From Octopus bimaculoides (taxonomy: Eukaryota): a DNA stretch of 54,487 nucleotides. A model generated the notes under the pieces. It was not told where the DNA came from and searched no databases. It saw only the letters and a list, made by a program, of their open reading frames with translations. The stretch's first letter is position 1. Every line of letters begins with the position of its first letter. The stretch is from contig NC_068981.1 in NCBI RefSeq assembly GCF_001194135.2, positions 111,944,073 through 111,998,559 on the forward strand, in the 5' to 3' direction. Positions 22,810-34,756 of the stretch are shown piece by piece. The translations under genes were made by a program, and so were the position numbers.

Positions 22810-24088
22810 AATATCAGATATATAAAGATGAGAATATGTGTCTGTGAATCCATAAAACTTGAGAACTACACAATCAATTTCATTTGAAATTAACACACGC
22901 CTTACTTAGGGTCCATGTAGTGTCTTAGGCCAAAACAATTTTTAACTTCTTGCATAGTTCGAGCCCACACCAATATCATATCTCCTCCACTATTTCAGTA
23001 TTACGTGTCAAAAGTGAAACAATAACATCACTCTACTGTAATGTCAGATACTTTCACTTTCACACTGAAACTATTCCACTATTTCAGTATTACATCTCAA
23101 AAGTGAAACAATAACATGTCGCTACTGTAATTTCAAATACTTTCACTTTAATACTTTCAATTTCATACTGAAAATATTAAAGTGAAACTATACTTTCACA
23201 TTTATACAGGCATACTATAAGACCCAAGTTAAAAACATTCCCAACAATTCAACTTCTCTGGTTGACATTAACACACCCACCCCCAATAGGGGCCTTCATT
23301 CCCACATTTTAGAGCTCCATGAGCTCCATTTTTCAGGAGCAAAATCCATTTTACAGGTTCCAGAAGACTGAAATTTTGGAATATGTGCATAAAGATTAAT
23401 AGTTGCCAGTGCTCCTGGACTGGCTTGTGCGGGTGGCACATAAAAGACACCATTTTGAGCGTGGCCGTTTTCGTGCGGGTGACACGTAAAAGCACCCACT
23501 ACACTCTNNNNNNNNNNNNNNNNNNNNNNNNNNNNNNNNNNNNNNNNNNNNNNNNNNNNNNNNNNNNNNNNNNNNNNNNNNNNNNNNNNNNNNNNNNNNN
23601 NNNNNNNNNNNNNNNNNNNNNNNNNNNNNNNNNNNNNNNNNNNNNNNNNNNNNNNNNNNNNNNNNNNNNNNNNNNNNNNNNNNNNNNNNNNNNNNNNNNN
23701 NNNNNNNNNNNNNNNNNNNNNNNNNNNNNNNNNNNNNNNNNNNNNNNNNNNNNNNNNNNNNNNNNNNNNNNNNNNNNNNNNNNNNNNNNNNNNNNNNNNN
23801 NNNNNATTAGACTGGAGCCTGGAGTTGCCATCCGGTTTCACCAGTCCTCAGTCAAATCGTCCAACCCATGCTAGCATGGAAAGCGGACGTTAAACGATGA
23901 TGATGATGATGATGATACATGTCTCATGATTAGAATTTTTTTAGGGTGTGTAAAGAGGGAAAGAACCCTCATGTGCAATTTTGATGAAATTCGAATCATA
24001 TATATTCCAGTTCCTTACAGGAAATATAAGAGAAAAGTCTCATCCTTCAATTGCATGTAACACGGGCAACGCCGGGTATCTCTGCTAG
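22810..24088 (+). mobile_element. Non-autonomous Helitron-like element with internal ~78-bp repeats and an RTE-X insertion
   Basis: 5' body matches 21362-21730. 3' end CGGGCAACGCCGGGTATCTCTG-CTAG^T (hairpin plus CTAG at 24085-24088). Confidence 0.65.
23403..23916 (+). mobile_element. 5'-truncated RTE-X 3' UTR copy (gapped)
   Basis: Nearly the same sequence as 15215-15473; ends in (GAT)n. Confidence 0.88.
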
Positions 24089-24229
24089 TATATATATATA
24101 TATATATATAGGTATGTATATATGTGTGTATGTATCTGTATATATTTGTGAAAGAGAACAGCTAACGCCAAGGTATAATAAGCATCTCAATTCATATACA
24201 TTATTTTATATTATTCTTAAATTAGTTGA

Positions 24230-24301
24230 GTTTTACAGCTGTTTCTGAGATATCTCAAGTGATAGGCGAGTATGCCTATGGAGTATTCCTTCATTAGAAA
24301 C
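24230..24301 (-). ncRNA. Hammerhead ribozyme motif, core G5A
   Basis: GTTT-CTAATGA-...-GAAA-CAGCTG-TA-AAAC on the - strand. Confidence 0.6.
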
Positions 24302-25147
24302 AAGTAGAGTATATAGGAAAGATCTAGATAGGGAAATATTCAGGGCTATAATAGATTCTGACATCACATATCAGGGCCAGTGCTCCACATGTGGGCTTTG
24401 CCTTAGGGTGGCACTCCAGATATTAACTCATAACTCACCACACTCAACAAACAAAAGGAAGTATTCATGACTTGTAAAGACAAATTTTTGTGCACATTTA
24501 AATTTTTCCATAAGTTCAGGTGTAAATTTATCCTTCACACATAACACTTACTTGCATATTTCCGTGTTCGTTTTAATACACCTATGTCTATCCCTTCATT
24601 ATCTTTTCCATCAACATTAGTACCTTAGAAGATGACTGCTAATTCTTTACTTCAACCTGCAGGTTTTATTTAATCTTCTAAACTTTAAACCATAACCTGT
24701 TATATCTCCAAATCTTAAATTGTAACTTTTATTCTGAAACAATTAAAATATTTAACTGGTTTCTCCATTCATGCCTGCTTCTATATTCATCCTTTGATAT
24801 ATTCATATCCCCTATAGGTAGGGATATATCTGTAGCTACTGACCATAACCAACTGGAACTCTGTCTATTCAACAGTCACAACTATTTTCTGGTTCAGTTC
24901 TTACCCCAACCCTAAACTAGAGGAATATTACTGGCATCTTAACTATTGTTCTCTTTATTTCTTTTTCTATTCTCTTTGGTGCTTTTTATTTTTTTATCCT
25001 CCACTATCTTCCTTCTCTCTTCTTTTATCTGTACCCTTATTTTTACAATTTTTCTTATTTGTATTTCCACATTTTATATTTCTTTTATTTTTACTTTATT
25101 ACATATTTTTTTTATTTTTCACTCTATATATTTATATTTCTTTATTT

Positions 25148-25926
25148 GGATCTGTTCAGTTTCACTCACAGATTTTTACAATTATTTTAATTTTAACTAA
25201 ATAGTTTGAAACTTTATATACTGGTATTATTTCTCATGCTGAACACGGTTTACTTTCAACATTTTTGACAAAATTTCGTATTTTAGAAGTTATTTTGTGT
25301 TGAAGTTGTCATATTTGGGTAATTTTAACCAGTCAACATGTATTCAGTTGAAGAAGGGCAAAGGGAAAGTGTTGCTCTTTGGTCAAAACTGACACAAAAG
25401 AGAAGCTTTCAGCCACAAGAAAAACAATGCCACCTTTATCCTTTCTTCTTTTCTAGTCAGTACCGTGCATTCCTTCCTCTTTCCCTCTCTGCTAGCAAAC
25501 AGCCACTTTTACACTATCAACTACAAACCAGCGAGTGAACTTGTTGTCACCGCCACTACAATTACTGCTGTATCTCTAACTACATGTCAGACAAACAAAT
25601 GTAAACAATATTTCTTCCTACTTGGTGTTGATTCTTTGATGTTTACTGGTTACTTCAATGCGAGAATCAAAAGCATGCATGTAATATACAACACAAGCAG
25701 TAAACAAAAATAAAATAGAACAGAGTGGTGACATTTAGTAGAGATGACCCAGAAGTTGTCGCAAACAGCAGTAGCTTTCTTAATCTGAATACACGTTGTT
25801 GATTGGTTAAAATTACCCAAATACGACAACTTTAACACAAAATGACTTTTAAAATATGAAATTTTGTAAAACTGTTTAGTTAGAAAAAGATAATTAAAGT
25901 ATCTGTGAACGAAACTGAACAGATCC
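25148..25926. mobile_element. MITE with long TIRs and 8-bp TSD (MULE- or Merlin-like, superfamily uncertain)
   Basis: GGATCTGTTCAGTTTC...GAAACTGAACAGATCC termini, about 150-200 bp of imperfect TIR, TSD CTTTATTT at 25140-25147 and 25927-25934. Confidence 0.88.
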
Positions 25927-26384
25927 CTTTATTTTTATTCTTCTAACCAATCCTTGCTAATATCCTGTCACTTACCTTCTTCCTCTCTCTATTCCCACTG
26001 GCTACCCCATTAATGTCTCTTTCCCTTTCCTTCTCTTTCTCCTCCCTCCACTTTGCTCAATAACCACTTTTATGGTCATTCTCTCACAAACCAGCCATCT
26101 CAATATGAACAGACCAATACCATTTCTGTCAAAATATTGCCTGGATATTTATTCTGTGAACATACTACTCATACTTTACCGTAATACTGCCTGGATTTAT
26201 CTTGGATTTTACCTAAAGACATACGGACTAACATCCATAGCCTCTGCAAAATGAACTGTGAACTTTATTTCCTTATTTCCTTACTCTACTCTTCTATTTC
26301 ATAAATTATTATCTGTGAATTTTTCATGTCTAGATCTTTTATCTGAACATTTCTATGTCTAGGTCTTTCTTATATTCTCTACTT

Positions 26385-26456
26385 GTCTCTCATGACAGAA
26401 TACCCCATAGGCATACTCACCTATCACTTGAGATGTCTCAGAAACAGCTGTAAGAC
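26385..26456 (+). ncRNA. Hammerhead ribozyme motif, core G5C
   Basis: GTCT-CTCATGA-...-GAAA-CAGCTG-TA-AGAC. Confidence 0.6.
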
Positions 26457-26509
26457 TTCAACTAATCTAAGAATAATATAAAATAATGTATAAAAATTGA
26501 GATGCTTGC

Positions 26510-26932
26510 TACAAAACAAAGGAAGTCTGCGTGTGTAATATGTATGCATTTCTACAGTTTTCAACCGATTTTCACCAAACTTTGCACCCATTACTTATGT
26601 GCTAGGGATGGTCATGCACTACAATTTTTTGCTCAGAAATCAGGAAAAAAGGTTTTACACTGGTTTTTCTCTAAAAACTGCAGTTTTCATATATTCATAT
26701 ATTCTCTCTCACTCTGTAATACCTCCACTCTTTTAGTCTATGCCTTTGTTCCTTCCGTCTATCCTTTCTTTTTCTTTCTTTCTCCTTCCTTTTTCCTTTT
26801 CTCCCTCCCTTTTCTTTCTTTGTTCAACTAAAGGCAGTGCCCTAGCAAGGCCATAGTCAAGTGACTGAAACAAGTAAAAGAATAAAAAACTATGCCATTT
26901 TAATCCTGCGCAACGCTGGGTATTGCTGCTAA
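26510..26932 (+). mobile_element. Old Helitron-like fragment containing a SINE 3' tail (about 26826-26888)
   Basis: CAACCGATTTTCACCAAACTTTG body motif and a degenerate 3' end GCGCAACGCTGGGTATTGCTGCTAA. SINE tail AACTAAAGGC...TGACTGAAACAAGTAAAAG. Confidence 0.45.
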
Positions 26933-27059
26933 ATCAGAAACATTAAATGAATCCATAACTCCCATCTCAGTTACAAGCTTGAAACCCTGATAATCCATCA
27001 CAGCACTTACCCAGCGTACCTATTCGTTTGGGTCACCAGTGAACTAAAACCCCATATTC

Positions 27060-27066
27060 CATGTGC

Positions 27067-27099
<33 letters not shown>

Positions 27100-27139
27100 T
27101 ATATGTATAAAAATATATTTGTACATATATTTATAAATA

Positions 27140-27194
<55 letters not shown>

Positions 27195-27460
27195 ACCTAT
27201 ATATATAAATATATATGTATACTTATATTTGTATAAATATATATGTATACCCATATATATAAATATATATGTATACCCATATATATAAATATATATGTAT
27301 ACTTATATATATATAAATATATATGTATACCTATATATATATAAATATATATGTATACTTATATATCTATAAATATATATGTATACTTATATATGTATAA
27401 ATATATGTGTATATATATATATGTATATATGTATATATATATGTATATATATATATATAC
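27060..27460. repeat. (TG)n/(TA)n microsatellite with a ~26-bp AT-rich minisatellite
   Basis: ATATATATAAATATATATGTATAC(C/T) repeated about 7 times at 27200-27400. Confidence 0.85.
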
Positions 27461-27544
27461 TTGGAGAAGCATAAACCTCTTCCGTGTTGGCATTTGACAC
27501 ATCTTCAGGCCCTCAGGTCTTACCTTCCAATGTGATATCTGGCA

Positions 27545-30030
27545 ATCTAAGGCTTGAAATCATAACAATCATGATAGCAAATGAAGAAGAAATGCAGGAT
27601 TTCTGATATTTTTCAGCAGACACTGGACAGTGTTCCACGGTGAAATGTCATTATCTTGATGGGAGATTGGAATGCTAAGGTGGGGAAGAGCATTACCAAG
27701 AGTTCAAGCGCGGGCCAACATACTTTGTGGGAGAGGAATGAAAGAGGACAGGATCTGGTTTACCTTTGTATCACCAACAACCTAGTCATCGGTAACACTA
27801 TTTTCCAGCATCACCCGAGAAGGTTGTACACTTGGACCTGTCCAGGAGACCGGTTTCGAAACCAGATTGACTACATCATGATTCAAGGACGATGGAGGTC
27901 GGTACTCAAGAACGTAAGGATATGACTAGGGGCAGACTGCGGAAGCGATCATCAACTGCTGTGTGCAACGATTAAGATCCAGATGAGGTCACAGCGAAAG
28001 CAGATGAAAACAACATGGTACGACATCACAAAAATCCCAGAGGCTTTCAGTGTCAAGATGCAGAATAGATTTCTGCCGCTTCTCCAATCATACGATAACG
28101 GAGAGTAGAGATCAGACACACTTTGGGAGAAAATGGTCAACATCACAAAGGAAGTTGTGGAGAGGAATATTCCCAAAAGATGGACTCCGAAGAGGCCGTG
28201 GCTATCAGACAACACACTAGACGTCGCAAGAAGAAGGAGGAAAGCAAAAGCAAGTGGAAACCATCAGGAATGGAGAGAACTTGACAAGCAGTACAACAGA
28301 CAGGCACTAGAGGACAAGAGGAACTATTTGGACCAGATATGTCTGGAGGCGGAAGATGCGTCACAGAAAGGTGACATCAAGTTTGTTTTTCATTTGGTGA
28401 AGGAATTGAGTAGAAAGAGGAAGTGGACTCCACGTAGTGACGTCATCAACAATAAAGAAGGTAACATCCTAACAGCGGAAGAGGACATCAAAGCTAGGTG
28501 GAGGGAATACAGCACCAATTTGTACAGAAGGAGGCAGGAAGATCTCCCCGCTGCACTCGCTGTAGCCGAAGAGAGAGAACCGGAACCACTCAAAGAAGAA
28601 GTGAGGCAGGCGCTGTACCATACCAAGAACGGTAAGAGCCCTTGCATGGATGAACTTCTCGAGGTATGGAAGGCAACAGGAGATATTGGGATAGAACTGT
28701 TGTGCAGACTGTGTGCCAAGATCTAGAACGACGTGGAGTCGCTGATCGACTGGTGTCTTGCAGTCTTCGTACCAATACCAAAGAAAGGCAACCCACGCGA
28801 GTGCTCTAACTACCGAACCATCAGTCTTATTGTCCATGCAAGCAAGATCCTGCTGCGAATCATTGTAGGTAAGACTGCAGCAGAAATATAGCAGTGTCAT
28901 CGCTGAGGAACAAGCCAGCTTTGTCAAGGGCAGAGGAACAAGGGAACAGATAGTCAACATCAAGATGATGATCGAGAAGTTTAAGGAATGTAATATCCCA
29001 CTTTACATGTGTTTCATCGACTACTCTAAGGCCTTCGACTATGTGGGACGTCATGAAGGACATGGGATTTCCTGAACACTTAGTCGTACTGTTGGCGTGA
29101 CTATATCAAGATCAACAGTCATCTGTCAGGACGTCCATCGGTGACACTGAGTGGTTCGGCATTGAGAAGGGTGTCCGTCAGGAATGTGTTCTGTCTCCAT
29201 ATCTGTACAACATCTATGCAGAAAACATCATAACAGCAGTGAAGGAGAACTACGATGGTGGTGTGCAGATTGGCTGAGAAAGGCTGTGCAATCTGAGATA
29301 CACCGATGACACAACCCTTATAAGTAACAGCAAAGTCGAATTGCTGCAGATGATATGCAAAGTGAAAGACATGAGTGCACAAAGTGACCTGTTCCTGAAT
29401 GTAAAGAAGACAAAGATCTTGGTGGTGGATAAGTACAGACAGACCGAGGTGATTTCACCGTAGATGGAGAGATGATTCAGGAAGTGGATGATTTTGTGTA
29501 CTTAGGATCCACAATCAGCACCAGTGGAACAAGCACACCAGAGATACAGAGAAGGCTCGCGATAGCGAGGCAAGCGGTACAAGATATGGAGAACATATGG
29601 AAGAGTCATGGTGTGTTAATGCTGCTGAAGATAAAGCTACTTCGGGCTGCCACTTTCTCTATTGCGATGTACAGTTGAGAGTCATGGACAATGTTGAATG
29701 CAGACAAGAAAAGAGTGAACGCTTTTGAAATGTGGTGTTACCGCAGAATCCTTAGAGTGTTGTGGACGGAGAGAAGGACGAATAACTGGGTACTAGAAAA
29801 GCTCGGTTGCGAGATGACGCTTCAGCGAAACATCATGAAGCAGAAGCTACGGTTCTTTGGCCACGTCATGCTCCGGGATGGACTTGAACGAACGATCATA
29901 ACTGGCAAGGTGAACGGCAGACATAAAAGAGGCAGGCCACCCACTTCTTGGCTGAAAGACATCGCAGCCACAGGATTGTCTTTATTCTCAGCTGTCCATG
30001 GAGTAGAGGATAGAAGGTGGCAAGACATGG
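27545..30030 (+). mobile_element. Degenerate RTE (BovB-like) LINE, second family, 5'-truncated
   Basis: MGDWNAKVG...NQIDYIMIQ, NYRTISLI.HASKI, CFIDYSKAFD, GVRQECVLSPYL.NIYAE, ...GRPPTSWLKDI. The only long LINE on the EDEM3 sense strand. Confidence 0.87.
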
Positions 30031-30309
30031 TGATATATATATATATAATAATAATTATAATAATATTAGGGATAAAATCCAAAATTACAGGTAAAAACTC
30101 AATTAAAATCAATTTATTAAAAATTAAAATTAAATTAAGCTTCAGAGTATAAAATATATATTAATATATAGTATTAGGGAAAAAAACCAAGGTTTATGAA
30201 CTCATCGATGAAAATCCACTGTCACATATAGAAAAAATTTATAATTAAAAGTACAATAAATAAGTATAATATAATGCAAAGTAAATATCATAAGATCAAG
30301 ATAATAAAA

Positions 30310-30424
30310 TGACTACACGTATTTCATAACCAATTTTCAAATAGAAAGAAATTTAAATCAATTAAAATCGATTAAAACTATCGAAAATCAATTCTATTCA
30401 AAAATATAGCTAATCTTCAGGTCA
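30310..30424 (-). ncRNA. Type I minimal hammerhead ribozyme, intact core
   Basis: TGAC-CTGAAGA-[long helix II TTAGCTATATTTTTGAATAGAA.../...TTCTATTTGAAAATTGGTTAT]-GAAA-T-ACGT-G-TA-GTCA; GUA cleavage triplet. Confidence 0.75.
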
Positions 30425-31269
30425 AAATACAACAATAATAATAAATGAATGTATATATCAACCAACAATAAATAACAAATGAATGTATATAAAATACTTA
30501 TTATATAAAGATAGAAAAATATTATTAAAATATCAAAATAATAACCATTCAATAATCAATCCTACATCTATTATAAAATAATCTAATAAGTATATTATAT
30601 ATAAAAACCAACTAAACAAATTTTTTCGTTTAAAATACAATTTGAACAAAGTTTAAGTTTAAAATAATAAAGATATTATTAGCACATATTTAAATGATGC
30701 AATATTTAAGCTAGGTCATTTATGCTTAAAAATTTATTTATAAGACGTCTAGTGAAAATATTCCGTATAGGAAATTAACATAAAAAGACTAGGTATTAAT
30801 TGCATAAAACAGTATTAATCGAAAATATTTCAACTTTAATAAAATCGAAGTTCTATATTAGGCTAAAATGGTACTCTAATTTCAGAATAATTTAGTGTTA
30901 AATGAGGTATCAATTAAAATTATCATTAAAAATCAATTGAATAATAAAAAAATACAAGAATATTTATTTATTCCAAATAATAATATAACATCGTAAACAA
31001 AGTAAAAAATATACAAATCAAAATGTTATTATATTTCAAACTGAAACTTAGATGTAAAAGTCAAAACTCGGGGTTAATTAGAAATAAAAATATGAATGAA
31101 AAAATTATTATGAATGAAATATTAAGCTTAATATAGCTTAGGTCATAGTAAAAAAATAACTGTGGTGTAACTCCTGTTTATGAGGTAGAAATTCCTTTAT
31201 ATTTTGGGTACTTGAGTATATATAAATTTAATGAATGGACTAAGACGCATATGTTAACTGCATACTTTT

Positions 31270-31356
31270 ATTTCCAACATATGTTTCGAAGATTACAAAT
31301 TATACCTTCCATAGGAATCGGCGATGTTAAAAATGTAATCTTCTCTTCAGGGAAAT
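31270..31356 (-). ncRNA. Type I minimal hammerhead ribozyme, canonical and intact
   Basis: ATTTCC-CTGAAGA-GAAGATTACA-[36 nt]-TGTAATCTTC-GAAA-CATATG-TT-GGAAAT. Helix I is 6 bp, helix II is 10 bp perfect with G10.1-C11.1, helix III is the palindrome CATATG; GUU triplet. Confidence 0.88.
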
Positions 31357-31649
31357 GCATGGGAACCAGCCTGAGCGCAAGACATTTTAACCGAATATGA
31401 GAACTATAGTTGGAGAAGGTTATTTATTTGAAAAAGCCGTTGGAGATTAGGACGCTACCAGACAGTACGTTGGACAAGAAGGGAAGGAAAGAAGGAAAGC
31501 AAAAAAGAAAAAAAAAGAAAGAAAATTCAGAGTGTAAAGTTGGGAGATAATAAGATGATTTAAATCTGATAAAAATTGGAGAGGAATGTTATTTGAATAA
31601 TGTGATCGTAAAGGGGAGTTAATCTTGTATTTCTACAAAAAATGCTGAG

Positions 31650-31751
31650 ATGAATGTGTATAATCATATATACACACATACATACTCACAGACAAACATA
31701 CATATACTCGAATAAATACATATATGCATACATATATACACATACGTACAA

Positions 31752-31816
<65 letters not shown>

Positions 31817-32190
31817 AATATATATATATATATGCATACATACACACACATACACATATATATATACACACACACAATCATACACATATACATATATACA
31901 AACATAAACATATACATACATAAACATACATACATCCAACCAAACATATATACACACATGTCCATATATATTTATCATTAACAACAACAAATATATACAA
32001 GAATCTGCACAAACATATATAGTTTCATGCAAAAACATGAATGTACACACACACACACACAGATACATATGTACATACAAACACACATACACATACATTC
32101 GCACACACATATATATGTATATGTTGTTACATGTATGTACATAGATACGCATACGCAATAGTATACACTCCTTAGTACGTATATACATAC
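31650..32190. repeat. Compound (CA)n/(TA)n microsatellite
   Basis: Seen directly in the sequence. Confidence 0.9.
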
Positions 32191-34056
32191 GGTAGTTGTG
32201 TGGGAATTAATAATAAAGCAGAGGGATATTTATCGGAAGGTGATTCTTATATTAGTGAATGAGATATTAAATGATTGATAATTAATTAATAAATAATAAA
32301 GTTAATGGGTGGTCTATTAATCTACATAAATGGATTATTTTATTAATTTAGACATAAAAAAAGTTGGGCTGAAGTAGGGATTTTAAAAAACTATTCAAAT
32401 CCAAGAACTACCCACCACCTAACCCGAAATTAAAACAATTTGAAGATCTTTGGTCAATAGTGAAAAATGTGAAGTTACATAAATCACCATTAAGAAATAA
32501 TCACCTTAGATACCTCAACAACATACCGAAGGAAATCAATAACATTGATGGAATACTAGTTAAGTCCAATAAAACATGAAATATGTATAAATTATCCAAG
32601 GAACATTATAACGAACTACTAAAAAGAGAAATAGAAAAAAACTACCGAATCACAAGTAAAACAGCACTTAGGAATGCTAACCTGGAAGTGAAAAATATCA
32701 TGGAGAAATGTGACTTACAACAGAGGACTGAACCTTTAGACCCTAAGCAACCCCATTTCGTTTTAAAAGACCATAAGAAAAACTTTTGAAATAGCCCTAA
32801 ATTACGTCTAATTTCTCCATCTAAATCGGATATTGGTATTCTCAGTAAAAGCATACTTGACAAATATATACCTACTTTAGTAAAAAAATTAAAACTTAGT
32901 TTATGGTCTAACTCATTACAGGTAGTAGAATGGTTTCGTAACATTAATGACAAACATAACACCAAATTTATCCAGTTTGATATATCTAACTTTTATTCAT
33001 CAATTAACCCCATTATATTAAACAAAGCACTCTGGTTTGCTCACAATAAGGCGGGTCTTTCTAGAGAGGAATTTAAAGTTATTACAGCAGCCAGAAATTC
33101 TATAATTAAATTCAATAATAAACTATGGACACGTAAGCACAAATAGCTGACTTGGTCTGCACATACATTCTATATGAATTAGAAGACCAATTCCCAAATG
33201 TTAAGGGTGGTCTATACTGAGACGACTGTTTACTCTATTTAAATAATACCACAAACCAAAAAATACAAAGTTAAAAATAGACTGGCTAGATTTTTCAGTA
33301 GAATGGGCTTTAGTATAATATTTGAAGATGAAACATTTATAGCCAACTTCCTAGATGTCACTCTAGACCTACACACAAAAACCTTCTTCCCTTACCACAA
33401 ACCCTCCACTAAACTTAAATACATTAGCAAATTCAGTAATCATCCTAATTCGGTAACAAGAAATTTAGTTAGGAACATTTCACTTAGACTATCAAATTTA
33501 TCCACAAATGAAAATATCTTCAACAAGGAAGCTGACTTTTACAACTCTGCTGTATTAAAAGCAGGATATAGAGAAAAAGTTAGTTATATTAATTCCACTT
33601 ATGAAATTGATACCCATAATAATATAGTTATTAATATTAACAGCAACGATAAATGCAATTATCATTCTCATCATAAAACTTTTGACGATAACAAACAATC
33701 AAACATTTCTTTACGTTATAGGGGAAGTAACCACCAGTTTAAACCCTTTTTCAATAATAACAATAATAAATTGAAATTATTTAGAAATAATAATAGCAAA
33801 CATTCTAAACCAGAATCTGATAAAAATATTTGGCTGATAGTACCTTTTGGTAAAAATATAAAATCAATTTGGTTTCCCAGTTCCAAAATGCTGTTAATAA
33901 GAATTTTCCAAAACATTCTCATTATTTCCCAGTCATCAACACGCACAGGGTTAGATTCCGTTTCTCTAACACTAAAAACATCTCACAAATAATATCTGCA
34001 CGCAATATGAGACTTTTACATTCACAAGAAAGTACCAACAGAAATANNNNNNNNNN

Positions 34057-34623
34057 AACTCCACTTGCAAAGACTTGTTGTGGCAAGTGAAATCAAAATC
34101 GAGGTAAATTGGACACTAAACTTCCACTTGCAAAGACCTGTTGAGGCAAGTGAAATTGAAATTGAGTTAAATTCGACAACTGGCACCCATGCCAACGCCG
34201 TCTCCTTCATTGGACACAAAATTCAGCTTGCGAAGACTTGTTGGAGCAAACGAAATCGAAATCGTGATGGCACCTGTGCCCAGCGTTGCCTTTCTGGCAC
34301 TTGTGCCCGCAGCATGTGTAAGGACCTTCGGGTGAGATCGTTGCCAGTGCCCCTGGACTGGCTCTTGTGTGGGTGGCACATAAATTACACCATTTTGAGC
34401 ATGGCCGTTGCCAGTACCGCCTGACTGGCCTTCGTCCAGGTGACACGTAAAAGCATCCACTACACTCTCTGAGTGGTTGGCGTTAAGAAGGGCATCCAGC
34501 TGTAGAAACTCTGCCAAATCAGATTGGAGCCTGGTGTAGCCATCTGGTTTCACCAGTCCTCAGTCAGATCGTCCAACCCATGCTAGCATGGAAAGCGGAC
34601 GTTAAACGATGATGATGATGATG
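34057..34623 (+). mobile_element. 5'-truncated RTE-X 3' UTR copy
   Basis: Three TTGCAAAGAC..GTTGAGGCAAGTGAAAT modules, then the conserved 3' terminus and (GAT)n. Confidence 0.88.
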
Positions 34624-34756
34624 AAATGTATGTATGTATATGTATATACAGCTTTGACCAAAATTATGGAGCAGGTTTGAAAAAATAGAGTATATGATTA
34701 CAACTCATTTAGTTAAAAATTGAAAACAATATAATAAACTGTCTGGAGTCTGTTAT

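Larger units (their letters stand above)
24180..26507. mobile_element. Non-coding element with ~165-bp inverted termini, each holding a hammerhead motif (PLE pLTR-like)
   Basis: 24180-24345 is the imperfect reverse complement of 26343-26507. Confidence 0.75.
30050..34047 (+). mobile_element. Penelope-like element: AT-rich hammerhead-bearing region, microsatellite, then degenerate RT/thumb ORF; EN missing
   Basis: From 32360: FVLKDHKKNF*NSPKLRLISPSKSDIG.LSK.ILD, FIQFDISNFYSSI, GGLY*DD, NFLDVTLDL...YHKP...SNHP, IWLIVPFGKNIK...KHF. Truncated at a gap and RTE-X insertion. That 30050-31620 belongs to the same element is inferred. Confidence 0.8.
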
